DNA from: a bacterium
GTDB taxonomy: Bacteria > Fidelibacterota > Marinisomatia > Marinisomatales > UBA1611
Direction of reading: 5' to 3'
DNA: 51,916 bases
NCBI GenBank assembly: GCA_038127595.1
Contig: JAYPIC010000004.1
Location: forward strand, 1 to 51,916
The translations under genes and the position numbers were made by a program. Positions 9,447 to 19,433 of the stretch are shown here, piece after piece. Numbering within the stretch: the stretch's first letter is position 1; every line of letters starts with the position of its first letter. The notes under the pieces are model-generated. The model was given only the letters and a program-made list of their open reading frames with translations. It ran no database searches and was not told the DNA's origin.

Positions 9447-9912
9447 TATGAGTGAAGACTTAATAAAAAACTCTTATAATATTCAAGATATAATAAAGAT
9501 TTTGCCCCATAGGTACCCGTTTGTACTAATTGATAGGATAGATGAAGTGAAGCAAGGCGAATATGTGAACGCAATCAAAAATGTTACAATAAATGAACCT
9601 TTCTTTCAAGGCCATTTTCCAGGACAACCAGTCATGCCTGGTGTTCTGTCCTTGGAGTCTATGGCGCAAGCCACAGCATTTTTGATGCTACATGAATTAG
9701 ATGATCCTTTGAAAAAAAATATGTTTATTTCTGGTGTTGATAAAGTTCGATATAGGCGATTAATAACTCCTGGAGATACGCTTAATATCAATATCAAATT
9801 GGTGTCCAAAAAACTTACTTTATATAAATTTGATGGTACGATAAAAATTGATGGCCAACTTGCAGTACAGGCAAAAATATCATCAAACTTAGTTGATCGT
9901 GTAGAGGTGTAA
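9439..9912 (+). CDS. fabZ: 3-hydroxyacyl-ACP dehydratase
   Basis: LPHRYPFVLID, FFQGHFPGQPVMPGVL; the start may instead be ATG 9448. Confidence 0.96.
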   Translation: MIDMSEDLIKNSYNIQDIIKILPHRYPFVLIDRIDEVKQGEYVNAIKNVTINEPFFQGHFPGQPVMPGVLSLESMAQATAFLMLHELDDPLKKNMFISGVDKVRYRRLITPGDTLNINIKLVSKKLTLYKFDGTIKIDGQLAVQAKISSNLVDRVEV

Positions 9913-9919
9913 TTTTACA

Positions 9920-10687
9920 TTGGGAGTTCATTCTACCGCTATTGTTGACCCAAATGCGAAAATTGGAGATGATGTTACTATTGGGCCGTTCTCTATCATA
10001 GAAGCTGGGGTATCCATTGGTGATAGAACAACAGTCGGCAACAATGTTACTATATCATCAGGCACGCATGTAGGCAAAGATTGTAAAATTTTTCATTCAG
10101 CTTCAATTGGAGCTATTCCTCAAGATTTAAAATATAATAATGAAGAGACTTTTCTATATATTGGAGATAGAACTGTTATTAGAGAATTTGTATCTATAAA
10201 TAAAGGTACATCAGCTTTAGGTAAAACTGAGATTGGTTCTGATTGTTTGTTAATGGCGTCGGTTCATGTAGCTCATGATTGTGTTGTGGGTAACAATGTG
10301 ATTATGTCTAATTTGACCACGCTTGGAGGCCATGTTAATATTGATGATTGGGTAATACTTAGTGGAGGCGTTTTAGTCCATCAGTTTTGTAACATAAGTA
10401 AGCATGCTTTCATAGGGGCAGGTGCTTTAGTAACCCAAGATGTCCCTCCATTTATTTTAGCAGCAGGTTCTCCAGTAGAATATAGTGGAATAAATAGTGT
10501 TGGACTAAAGCGAAGAGGTTTTTCTATTGATGATAGAAAAGAATTAAAAAACATTTATAAAATGTACTTTCGATCAAAAAATAATCGTAAAGAAAATCTG
10601 TCAAAAATAAAAAAAGAGTTAGCATCATTTAAATACACCAGTTTAATAGTAGATTTTATTGAAAATAGCGAAAGAGGAATCATTTAA
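9920..10687 (+). CDS. lpxA: Acyl-ACP:UDP-GlcNAc O-acyltransferase
   Basis: Hexapeptide repeats, PQDLKY, HVAHDC, VHQF, GINSVGLKRRGF; TTG start with GAGGTG upstream. Confidence 0.96.
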   Translation: MGVHSTAIVDPNAKIGDDVTIGPFSIIEAGVSIGDRTTVGNNVTISSGTHVGKDCKIFHSASIGAIPQDLKYNNEETFLYIGDRTVIREFVSINKGTSALGKTEIGSDCLLMASVHVAHDCVVGNNVIMSNLTTLGGHVNIDDWVILSGGVLVHQFCNISKHAFIGAGALVTQDVPPFILAAGSPVEYSGINSVGLKRRGFSIDDRKELKNIYKMYFRSKNNRKENLSKIKKELASFKYTSLIVDFIENSERGII

Positions 10688-10692
10688 TAAAA

Positions 10693-11376
10693 ATGAAAAC
10701 CGTAATATTGGTTTTTTTATTATTTATTTCCTCTATTTCCTCTCAAAATATAGATTTTAGTTTAAGCTCCGTAGATGAACAAAATCTATATGATCACTCA
10801 CTTAATATTGCTAATTCATCAACGCTGTGGCTTGCGAATAATATTAATACGCCTGAGCCTAGTGGCAAGGCTTTATATATCAAATATAGTCAATCATCAC
10901 TTTTAAAAAAAATCAATAATAATCATTGGGTTCTACCAAACTTGCAGCTTGGCTTAATGCCATCTAATAATTTAATGTTATCAGGAAATTTTTTTGGTAT
11001 GCATCTTAAGAAAGATATATTACAAATTTCAGGAGGTGGTATTCATTACCTAGGTGGAGAGAACCAAGATTGGATTGTTTCATTTCAAAAATCAGCATTG
11101 AATGGACTAAATGATTTTAGGTTAGTGTCTACTTCTTTAAGTATAAATAAAAGAGTTAAAAAATCTTTTTATTATTATTTCTTAGGTATCGGTTCATGCG
11201 ACTTTTCATTTACATCTTATTTTGATTCAAGTGAGTTACCTAAAAAATTCGATAGAAGTTTAACTTATTTAAAATTAGAAGTTTTAATTCCATATAAGGA
11301 TTTTGATTTAACTTTTTCATCAAACATTAGTTCAAAGAACCAACTTTTCCAATTAGGGTTGGCTAAGGGTTTTTAA
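10693..11376 (+). CDS. Hypothetical exported protein, probable outer-membrane beta-barrel
   Basis: Signal peptide, alternating hydrophobic strands, C-terminal ...LGLAKGF; tightly packed between lpxA and dxr. Confidence 0.55.
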   Translation: MKTVILVFLLFISSISSQNIDFSLSSVDEQNLYDHSLNIANSSTLWLANNINTPEPSGKALYIKYSQSSLLKKINNNHWVLPNLQLGLMPSNNLMLSGNFFGMHLKKDILQISGGGIHYLGGENQDWIVSFQKSALNGLNDFRLVSTSLSINKRVKKSFYYYFLGIGSCDFSFTSYFDSSELPKKFDRSLTYLKLEVLIPYKDFDLTFSSNISSKNQLFQLGLAKGF

Positions 11377-11378
11377 AA

Positions 11379-12524
11379 ATGAAAAAAATATCAATATTAG
11401 GTTCAACTGGTTCAATAGGTGTTAATGCACTAAGCGTAATTAAAAATTTTCCAGAAAATTTTAGGGTAATTCACCTCACGGGTAATCTAAACTCCGAAAA
11501 AATGATCGAGCAAGGCAAAGAGTTTTTACCAAATTCAATTACGATGATTGACGAGCAAGCTGCAGAAAAAGTTAAATCAGGCTTAAGAGAGCTCGATATA
11601 AAAGTATTCACTGGTCGAGAAAAATTACTAGAAGTAGCCAGTGATAAAAATATTAATCTTGTCTTAAACTCATTAGTTGGTGCCTCAGGAATGGAACCTA
11701 CGTTAAAGGCAATTGAAAATGGTGTAGATGTTGCTCTTTCAAATAAAGAAAGTTTAGTAGTGGCTGGTGATTTGATTTATAGTGCAATGGAAAATTCAGG
11801 AGCAAATTTATTTCCTGTGGATAGCGAGCACTCAGCAATATGGCAATGTATTCATGGTGAATTAAAAAAAGACATAGAAAAAATCATTCTTACGGGAAGT
11901 GGAGGTCCTTTTAGAACTCGAGAAATAAATACATTTTCATCCATAACAAAAAAAGACGCCTTGAAGCATCCAAATTGGGTAATGGGGCAAAAGATAACAA
12001 TTGATTCTGCTACTATGATGAATAAAGGACTAGAGGTAATTGAAGCATTTTGGTTATTCAAGATGGATGCATCAAAAATAGAAATTATAGTTCATCCTCA
12101 ATCAATCATTCATTCCATGGTTCAGTTCAAAGATGGTTCTATTAAAGCTCAGCTAGGAGTCCCTGATATGAAGATACCTATTCAATATGCTTTAACTTAC
12201 CCTCGTCATTTATCATCTAATTGGGAGAGGTTAGATTTTACTAATATTAAAGACCTAACCTTTGAGGCTCCAAACCTAGAAAGGTTTCCTTGTATTTCAT
12301 TAGCGTATAAAGCGCTTAATAAAAAAGGCTCTGCAGCTGCTGTTCTCAATTTTGCAAATGATTATAGTGTATTTAGGTTCCTGGAGGAAGAAATTAAATT
12401 TACAGATATACCAAAAATAATTGATTTGGCTATGGATAATCATCAATGGATTGAATGCCCTAATTTGGATGATCTCAAAGCATTAGATCTTTGGACAAAA
12501 GACTTTGTGAAGAATTTTGATTAA
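11379..12524 (+). CDS. dxr: 1-deoxy-D-xylulose 5-phosphate reductoisomerase
   Basis: LGSTGSIG, NKESLV, PVDSEHSAI, HPNWVMGQKITIDSATMMNKGLE, HPQSIIHS. Confidence 0.98.
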   Translation: MKKISILGSTGSIGVNALSVIKNFPENFRVIHLTGNLNSEKMIEQGKEFLPNSITMIDEQAAEKVKSGLRELDIKVFTGREKLLEVASDKNINLVLNSLVGASGMEPTLKAIENGVDVALSNKESLVVAGDLIYSAMENSGANLFPVDSEHSAIWQCIHGELKKDIEKIILTGSGGPFRTREINTFSSITKKDALKHPNWVMGQKITIDSATMMNKGLEVIEAFWLFKMDASKIEIIVHPQSIIHSMVQFKDGSIKAQLGVPDMKIPIQYALTYPRHLSSNWERLDFTNIKDLTFEAPNLERFPCISLAYKALNKKGSAAAVLNFANDYSVFRFLEEEIKFTDIPKIIDLAMDNHQWIECPNLDDLKALDLWTKDFVKNFD

Positions 12525-12560
12525 TATGGAACATCTCTATTAAAATTTGATTAATACATT

Positions 12561-13730
12561 ATGATATTTATTTGGTCAACAGCACTAGTTATAGGTATTC
12601 TTGTATTCGTACATGAACTTGGTCATTACCTTGCGGCCAGATCTGTTGGTGTGCGAGTGGAGAAGTTTTCTATTGGTTTTCCTCCAAGGTTTTTTACAGT
12701 TACATCCGTTGACGGTGGTTTTGATGTTACTTTTTTCTTTTTTGGGTTGAAAAATGGGTCTATCAAGTGGAAGCCTATTTTTACTACTCACCTTGGCATC
12801 CCAGGCAGGGTTGGTACCAACACTGAATATGTGATTGCTCTTATTCCTCTTGGCGGATATGTTAAAATGGCAGGATCCTTGGATGAGAGTTTAGATACAG
12901 AAGTAACAGGTGCACCTGATGAATTCTCTAGCAAAAGTGTCTTACAGAAAATATGGATTCTAAGTGCAGGAGTTATAATGAATATTTTTACTGCATTTAT
13001 TTTATTTACAGGAATCACATATTACCAAGGTACTATGAGCACTAATGACGGTTCATTTATTGGAGAGTTTGCTAAAGATAGCCCTGCACAAGATGCTGGT
13101 TTATTGAGCGGAGATGAGATAACTATGATTAATGGACAAGAAGTTTTTAGTTGGAATGATTTAGTCGATATTTTGCAACCAATTCCTAATACAAAAGTTG
13201 ACATTGAAGTCAAAAGAGGAGATGAGTATTTAGATTTTTCTTTTGATACATATGAAATTTTAAGGCCATCTAAAAATGGAATAGATACTGTTGGAGGTAT
13301 TGGTATTTCCCCTCAATATGAATATAATCCAGCAACTTTTGGCGAGTCCATAAAGCTTGGCTACTTAAATACTGTTGGCAGCTTTGGTTTAATTTCATTG
13401 ACCTTCAAAATGCTAGCCAGTGGACAAGCAACACTGAAAGACTTAGGTGGACCAATTATGATTGGTCAGATAGCAGGAGAAACAGCAAAAGCTGGATGGA
13501 TACCATTATTCAATTTTATGGCTTTAATTAGCATCAATTTAGCATTTTTGAATATATTGCCAGTACCTGGTTTAGATGGAGGTCACATATTTATTATTTT
13601 GATAGAAACTATAATTAGACGTCCTCTTAGTCTAAAGTCAAGAATGGTAATTCAACAAATCGGTATGGTTCTTTTACTGGGATTAATGTTTACAGTAATG
13701 TTTAATGATATAGGAAGACTTTTTAATTAA
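12561..13730 (+). CDS. rseP: RIP metalloprotease RseP (site-2 protease with one PDZ domain)
   Basis: HELGH, FSIGF, PLGGYVKM, PDZ (SPAQDAGLLSGD), NILPVPGLDGGH. Confidence 0.95.
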   Translation: MIFIWSTALVIGILVFVHELGHYLAARSVGVRVEKFSIGFPPRFFTVTSVDGGFDVTFFFFGLKNGSIKWKPIFTTHLGIPGRVGTNTEYVIALIPLGGYVKMAGSLDESLDTEVTGAPDEFSSKSVLQKIWILSAGVIMNIFTAFILFTGITYYQGTMSTNDGSFIGEFAKDSPAQDAGLLSGDEITMINGQEVFSWNDLVDILQPIPNTKVDIEVKRGDEYLDFSFDTYEILRPSKNGIDTVGGIGISPQYEYNPATFGESIKLGYLNTVGSFGLISLTFKMLASGQATLKDLGGPIMIGQIAGETAKAGWIPLFNFMALISINLAFLNILPVPGLDGGHIFIILIETIIRRPLSLKSRMVIQQIGMVLLLGLMFTVMFNDIGRLFN

Positions 13731-14412
13731 TTTTTGCTAGTTCAAGATTCAAAGATCCAAATTTCATTTTTAAATTTATAATTATTGGTAGTTTGTCTAC
13801 ATCAGAGATCCACATTGTAATTTTCCCTGCATTTTTAAATGGTTCACCATTCATCTTTTTTGGCCAAATTTTGTTAGCATAAAATTTGCCGAGTGCAGTT
13901 TTTGTTTTTACTTTTTCATCAGCGAAAAATTTTAATGGCGTCACTTTTTTATTATCAACCACTTGAATTTCATAATTTTCATCAGAAGAAAATTCCAGCG
14001 TTCTAAAATAGTATATCAATGAGTAGGGGTTAAATATCTGGCCATTATATGATATACTATCTTCTTTATAAAAGAACATTTTATTTTTATGATCATAAGT
14101 AGAAAGAGAATTTTGTTTGTAACTCCCTTCCCTTATTTTTTTATTAACCTTCAGTGGTTGCCATGTATTTAAATCAACATCAATAATTATTTTATCATTT
14201 ATTGGGAAAATATATTTCAATGATGGTTTTGATTTAGCTTTGAACTCAATCCTTAAAATGTCTTGGTTTTGGATATTTTTAAATTTTTTTGATTTTAAGG
14301 TTGCTGTAGCAACATCTACACCACCAAAAGAGGCGTTATAGAGCAACATTTCATCCCAAGATTGATCCTTTGCAAAAATAACTGAGAAAATTAAAAAAAA
14401 TAGAATTTTCAC
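13723..14412 (-). CDS. DUF3108-like exported protein
   Basis: Signal peptide; E.LLYNASFGG..VA.A, YYFR and WISD...LPI.I pattern typical of DUF3108. Confidence 0.65.
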   Translation of the reverse strand: MKILFFLIFSVIFAKDQSWDEMLLYNASFGGVDVATATLKSKKFKNIQNQDILRIEFKAKSKPSLKYIFPINDKIIIDVDLNTWQPLKVNKKIREGSYKQNSLSTYDHKNKMFFYKEDSISYNGQIFNPYSLIYYFRTLEFSSDENYEIQVVDNKKVTPLKFFADEKVKTKTALGKFYANKIWPKKMNGEPFKNAGKITMWISDVDKLPIIINLKMKFGSLNLELAKIN

Positions 14413-14975
14413 CGAATTTTTTTTAACCCATTCGTATTATACATGTATATTTTTGAAGCAGAGTTAACTAAATCTCCATCTTCAATTATTAGATCAATCT
14501 CTGTGGGAAAAGAATCAAGAATCTCATCTACATTATTTCTTGGGGGTTCTCCGGTCCTATTAACGCTTGTTGTTGTAATTGGTGCAGTGCATAAACTTGC
14601 TATTAATTTGCAAAATGGATGATCTGGGATTCTTATGCCAAGTGTATTATTGGGGCCCATAATTTTCTTGTGAACGATATTTTTTTTAACCGGGTATATT
14701 ATAGTATTTTGAATATCTAGATAACTAGCAGCCTGTAATTTTTTTTCTTCTTTAACATTTAACCAAGTAGATACAGTGCCCCTGTCAGGTGCAATTACGC
14801 TAATTGGACCTGTTCTATTTTTCAGAGCATTTAACTTGTCTATTGCTATGGGGTCTTTTGCATTCACTCCAAATCCATAAATAGTATCAGTTGGATAGAC
14901 TAGAATTCCGCCACTATTAATAACTTTTACAGCAACTTTTACCGCTTCTTCATTTTTCCAATTAATTATTTTCAT
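14409..14975 (-). CDS. tsaC: L-threonylcarbamoyladenylate synthase (TsaC/YrdC/Sua5)
   Basis: YPTDTIYGFG, LKNR, GIRIPDH, TTSVN. Start set at ATG 14975, just after the lpxL stop. Confidence 0.9.
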   Translation of the reverse strand: MKIINWKNEEAVKVAVKVINSGGILVYPTDTIYGFGVNAKDPIAIDKLNALKNRTGPISVIAPDRGTVSTWLNVKEEKKLQAASYLDIQNTIIYPVKKNIVHKKIMGPNNTLGIRIPDHPFCKLIASLCTAPITTTSVNRTGEPPRNNVDEILDSFPTEIDLIIEDGDLVNSASKIYMYNTNGLKKIR

Positions 14976-14976
14976 T

Positions 14977-15810
14977 TTATTGTTTTGTTTTCCATCTATT
15001 ATGAAACCAAAAATATTGTTCTGGATATTTTTTGATAGACTGTTCAATTATAGTCGTGTAAAGTTGAGTGATGTCTTGAACTGATTTTTTATTAGGGCTT
15101 ATCGGAATGAATTCAACTTGATACTGCCTTATGTTTTTTTGAACGCATATACCAAATATTAGTGAAGCATTTGTATTAAGATGAAATAATGCTGCACCTT
15201 TATGCGTTGAAGCTGGTTTATTGAAAAAATTTACGAAAACACCTTTTCTTTTTGCATCCTGATCACTAACTAAGCCTAAAATTTCGTTTGCATTTAGAAC
15301 ATCATATAAAGAGTCCATGCTTGATTTTCTGTAGACTTGTTTGATGCCACTTAATTGCCTTTTTTCTTCAAAAAATAAATTGGCCCCTTTATTTTTTTGT
15401 CTTTGAGCAATACCTACAAGAGGATAGCTATTTTTTCCAAACCAATGTCCTAAAATTTCCCAAGATCCAAAATGCGCAGAAACCAGAACGGTTCCTTTTT
15501 TTTGATTGATTGCATTTTTTAAATGTTTTTCACCAACAACTTCTATTTCAATAGAGTTGGGATCAAATGGGAATGCTAAGAATTGTAAAAAATTAAAAAT
15601 AAAAAAGTTATAGCATTTCTTTAGTGTAGTGTTTATCCACTCATCTGATTTGTCAGGAAAAGCTATTTTAAGATTTTTTAATGCAGTTTCTTTTCGTTTG
15701 GGAACGTAATTGAAAAAGATGCTAGCAAGATTTTGACTAATTGTATGAAGCTTTTTAATTGAAAATATTTTCAAAATACGGCTCAAAACGCGAAGAGCGA
15801 AATATGTCAT
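14977..15810 (-). CDS. lpxL: Lipid A late acyltransferase (LpxL/HtrB family)
   Basis: HFGSWE (HxxxxE), DQD, FF, PEQYFWFHNRWK; start ATG 15810 or TTG 15828. Confidence 0.88.
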   Translation of the reverse strand: MTYFALRVLSRILKIFSIKKLHTISQNLASIFFNYVPKRKETALKNLKIAFPDKSDEWINTTLKKCYNFFIFNFLQFLAFPFDPNSIEIEVVGEKHLKNAINQKKGTVLVSAHFGSWEILGHWFGKNSYPLVGIAQRQKNKGANLFFEEKRQLSGIKQVYRKSSMDSLYDVLNANEILGLVSDQDAKRKGVFVNFFNKPASTHKGAALFHLNTNASLIFGICVQKNIRQYQVEFIPISPNKKSVQDITQLYTTIIEQSIKKYPEQYFWFHNRWKTKQ

Positions 15811-15898
15811 TCTATGATATATAGTCAAAATATTATGCTATAAAATTTTAATGAATATTATTAGACAAGTTGCATCATCTATGGTCAAATTTAAGTAC

Positions 15899-17305
15899 AT
15901 GAATCGTATTATAATTTATTTTTGCATTGCATTTGGTATTTCGTTGGCTGAAACGGTATATCACATTCCTATTGAAGGAACAATTGATTTAGGGTTGCCT
16001 CCATTCATTGAACGCTCTATTGCAGAAGCTGAAGAAAATAATGCAAAGACTATTATATTTGAAGTTAATACTTTTGGTGGTCGCGTTGATGCTGCCACGC
16101 AAATCAAGGATGCAATATTAGATTCGAAGGTCCCAACAGTTGCCTTTATAAATAAACGTGCAATTTCTGCAGGCGCGCTGATTTCATTATCTTGTGAAAA
16201 AGTATTCATGGCTGGAGGTGCAACTATTGGAGCAACAACTGCAGTGGATATGCAGGGCAACAAAGCTAGTGAAAAAGTTATTAGCTACATGCGTGAAGAA
16301 ATGGCTGCAACTGCAGAAAAAAGGGGAAGAGATACATATATTGCTAGAGGAATGGTCGATGAGGAATTAGAATTTCCAAATAAGGTTATTAAAGAATTTA
16401 TCAATGATGGTGAAGACATAGATACTATAAAGACAAAAGTTTATTATCTTGTAATAGATGGTGATACCGTTATAGTAGATGATATTGAGGGCAGAAAGCA
16501 AGGTAACTTAATTACATTAACTACCGAGCAGTCTTTAAAATATAAAATTGCAGATGCTTCGCTAGAAAATTTTGAAGCTGTTCTAGATACTTTAGGTTTT
16601 TCAAATTTAGCAGTTAATAAAACTACAGAAAATTGGTCCGAAAACTTTGTTCGTTTTTTAACAAATCCTGTGGTCGCATCTCTTCTAACTACTTTTGGCT
16701 TTTTAGGTATTTTGTTTGAGCTTCAAAGTCCAGGATGGGGTATCCCCGGTTCAATAGGCCTCATTTGTCTAGCTCTATCTCTTAGTGCGTCATATATAGC
16801 AGAATTAGCAACAATGAGTGATCTTTTAGTTATACTTATGGGTATGTTATTCTTAATGCTAGAAGCATTTGTGTTCCCAGGGTTTGGTGTTGCTGGTGTG
16901 GCAGGAATAATTTTTATTTTGTGGGGTCTTTATCTTTTATTACTTCCTGACGTTCCTGTGGGAGAGGAAGTTTTGAGTCAAGCATCTAACGGCTTAATCA
17001 TTGGTATAATTGGTGGTTTGGTTGGATTGGTTTTACTTTTTAGAGCTATGACAAAAACGAAATTTTGGAGAGATCTAACCTCTCCTGATATTCAAAAGAA
17101 GGAAGATGGCTATGTCGCAAGTTTTGGTTGGGAAAAATTGGTTGGTGAAGAAGCATTAACAGAAACAGATTTACATCCTTCTGGATGGATCAACGTAGGT
17201 AACGAAAGAGTTTTTGCTTTAAGTGAGGGCAATTTCATTGATAAAGATGTAAAAGTAGTCATACTATCTGTAGATGGTAATAGGGTAGTAGTTCGTAAAA
17301 AATAA
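15899..17305 (+). CDS. nfeD: Long NfeD/YqeZ membrane-bound serine protease (ClpP-class domain, TM domain, OB fold)
   Basis: NTFGGRVDAA, AISAGALI, EK..SYMR, PGWGIPG, PGFGVAG, TDLHPSG; start chosen at the signal-peptide Met. Confidence 0.9.
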   Translation: MNRIIIYFCIAFGISLAETVYHIPIEGTIDLGLPPFIERSIAEAEENNAKTIIFEVNTFGGRVDAATQIKDAILDSKVPTVAFINKRAISAGALISLSCEKVFMAGGATIGATTAVDMQGNKASEKVISYMREEMAATAEKRGRDTYIARGMVDEELEFPNKVIKEFINDGEDIDTIKTKVYYLVIDGDTVIVDDIEGRKQGNLITLTTEQSLKYKIADASLENFEAVLDTLGFSNLAVNKTTENWSENFVRFLTNPVVASLLTTFGFLGILFELQSPGWGIPGSIGLICLALSLSASYIAELATMSDLLVILMGMLFLMLEAFVFPGFGVAGVAGIIFILWGLYLLLLPDVPVGEEVLSQASNGLIIGIIGGLVGLVLLFRAMTKTKFWRDLTSPDIQKKEDGYVASFGWEKLVGEEALTETDLHPSGWINVGNERVFALSEGNFIDKDVKVVILSVDGNRVVVRKK

Positions 17306-17333
17306 TTTATAGTTTTTAAAATAAGGAGTTTAT

Positions 17334-18356
17334 ATGCCGTTAGTTCAAGGAGCTTTTTTAATTGTAATAATTTTATTTCTTGTTCTGTTTTTTTATTTTG
17401 TGCCTCTTGGTATGTGGGTCCAAGCGGTGGTCTCTTTAGGGCTTGGTAGAATAAGGATTGTTGATCTCATTAGAATGCGATTGAGAAAAATATCTCCAAG
17501 GCTTGTCGTAGATGGAGTTATAAACACTCACAAAGCTGGTTTAGATCATATTAGTACAGATATGTTAGAAACTCATTACTTGGCAGGAGGAAATGTAGAG
17601 AATATTGTGTCAGCACTAATTGCGTCTGACAAGGCGAAGATTCAATTGCCTTTTGAAATTGCAACCGCTATTGATTTAGCTGGAAGAGATGTTAAATCTG
17701 CTGTTGAAACTAGTGTGTATCCAAAAGTTATCAATGCTCCTGTTGACGGGTATTTATCCGCAGTAGCAAAAGATGGTATTGAACTAAAGGCAAGAGCAAG
17801 GGTGACAGTTCGTACGAATATACCCGGATTAGTTGGTGGTGCTACCGATGACACCATCATTGCTCGTGTTGGTGAGGGTATTGTCAGTGCCATTGGTTCA
17901 GCTCAAACATACTCTGATGTTCTTGAAAACCCTGATAGTATATCAAAGTCTGTTTTGAATAAAGGCTTGGATTCGGGGACTGCATTTGAAATACTGTCGA
18001 TTGATATTGCGGATCTTGATGTTGGCAAAAATATAGGTGCCTCTCTGCAAGCAGATCAGGCTGAAGCAGATTTGCGAGTAGCTCAAGCAAAAGCAGAGAC
18101 AAGAAGAGCAATGGCAGTAGCTCAAGAGCAAGAAATGCAAGCAAAAGTGCAAGAAATGAAAGCTAAGGTTGTTGAGGCAGAGTCAGAGGTCCCTAAAGCA
18201 ATGTCACAAGCTTTCAGGGAAGGCAATTTAGGTATTTTCGATTATTATAATATGAATAATATAAAAGCTGATACTGGTATGAGGGATTCAATAGCAGACT
18301 CGCCTGGAAACTCTAAGGATAAAGGTGAAGATGTTAACACAGACTCTAGCAAATAA
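17334..18356 (+). CDS. floA: Flotillin-like protein FloA (YqfA, SPFH superfamily)
   Basis: [65 protein letters not shown]; AAGGAG RBS at 17323-17328. Confidence 0.95.
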   Translation: MPLVQGAFLIVIILFLVLFFYFVPLGMWVQAVVSLGLGRIRIVDLIRMRLRKISPRLVVDGVINTHKAGLDHISTDMLETHYLAGGNVENIVSALIASDKAKIQLPFEIATAIDLAGRDVKSAVETSVYPKVINAPVDGYLSAVAKDGIELKARARVTVRTNIPGLVGGATDDTIIARVGEGIVSAIGSAQTYSDVLENPDSISKSVLNKGLDSGTAFEILSIDIADLDVGKNIGASLQADQAEADLRVAQAKAETRRAMAVAQEQEMQAKVQEMKAKVVEAESEVPKAMSQAFREGNLGIFDYYNMNNIKADTGMRDSIADSPGNSKDKGEDVNTDSSK

Positions 18357-18374
18357 TTTTCAAGGTTAGATAGT

Positions 18375-18836
18375 ATGAGTAATTGGTTATTCTTAATGCT
18401 TCTTTACGGCTTTTTTGGCTGGATGAAGAAGAGGCAAAGAGATAAAGCTAGAGATAAGATCGAAAACCAAGATGACTGGGATACTGGAGGTATTGTAGAT
18501 TTTGGTGAAGGTATTTTAGAAGCTATAATGGGCGACGAAAATAGTAGGGTTGAAAAACCTAAAACTATTAGAGAAGAAGATATTGATGAAGAAGAGTATC
18601 TAGATGACTTTGAAGAAGTATTAGTAGAAAGTCCTAAAATAGAACCTGAGATTGATTTAATAGTAGATGAAACGCCTGGTAAAGATGTTCCTTTACAATC
18701 AAATAATGTTAGGAACGTTAATATTAATAATACAAAACTAGCTAATCTAATTGATCTGCAAGATCCAGTTAGGACTGGGGTTATATTTAAAGAAATATTT
18801 GATAAGCCAAAAAGTTTAAGAGGTAGGCCCAGATAA
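18375..18836 (+). CDS. YqfB-like acidic membrane-anchored protein
   Basis: N-terminal TM, acidic linker, C-terminal GVIFKEIFDKPKSLR resembling the YqfB-type tail; third gene after nfeD-floA. Confidence 0.6.
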   Translation: MSNWLFLMLLYGFFGWMKKRQRDKARDKIENQDDWDTGGIVDFGEGILEAIMGDENSRVEKPKTIREEDIDEEEYLDDFEEVLVESPKIEPEIDLIVDETPGKDVPLQSNNVRNVNINNTKLANLIDLQDPVRTGVIFKEIFDKPKSLRGRPR

Positions 18837-18838
18837 AC

Positions 18839-19432
18839 CTAAATGATTGAATCAAATATTTTTTTTGATTCTATTTCTAAATTATTTAAATCTGAATTAT
18901 TTTGTATAATATAATCTGCCATATGCTCTTTGTCTTCATCTGGCCATTGTAGTGATACTCTTTTCAAAAAGTCGTCTCTCGTCATGTTATTTCTTGACAT
19001 TACTCTCTCTGTTCTGTATCGAAGTAAAGAAGTAATCACAATTACATAATCCATGTGTGTGTCAGCCCCTGATTCATAAATAAGAGCAGCATCAACAACA
19101 AAGCAGTTATGTTTGTTTTGTTGTTGAATTTTTTCAAATGTAGAATCAATTTTTTTAAACACATGTGGGTGTATTATGGAATTTAAAGCTAGCTGATGAA
19201 ATTCATCTTGGAATGCAACTCTAGCCAATTTTTGTTTATCTATATTTTGGTCCGCATTTATTACATCGCTGCCAAATTCTTTAATTATTTCTTTTTGAGC
19301 ACTTTCATCGGTATTTATAATATGTTTTGCTTCTTTATCTGCATCAAAAATGTATGCACCCCAAGCTTGGAAAAATTTACTCACCTCGCTTTTTCCAGAA
19401 CCAATACCTCCAGTTAAACCAATTTTTAGCAT
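18839..19432 (-). CDS. coaE: Dephospho-CoA kinase
   Basis: IGLTGGIGSGKS, DAD, LNSIIHP, ALIYE. Confidence 0.95.
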   Translation of the reverse strand: MLKIGLTGGIGSGKSEVSKFFQAWGAYIFDADKEAKHIINTDESAQKEIIKEFGSDVINADQNIDKQKLARVAFQDEFHQLALNSIIHPHVFKKIDSTFEKIQQQNKHNCFVVDAALIYESGADTHMDYVIVITSLLRYRTERVMSRNNMTRDDFLKRVSLQWPDEDKEHMADYIIQNNSDLNNLEIESKKIFDSII

Positions 19433-19433
19433 A

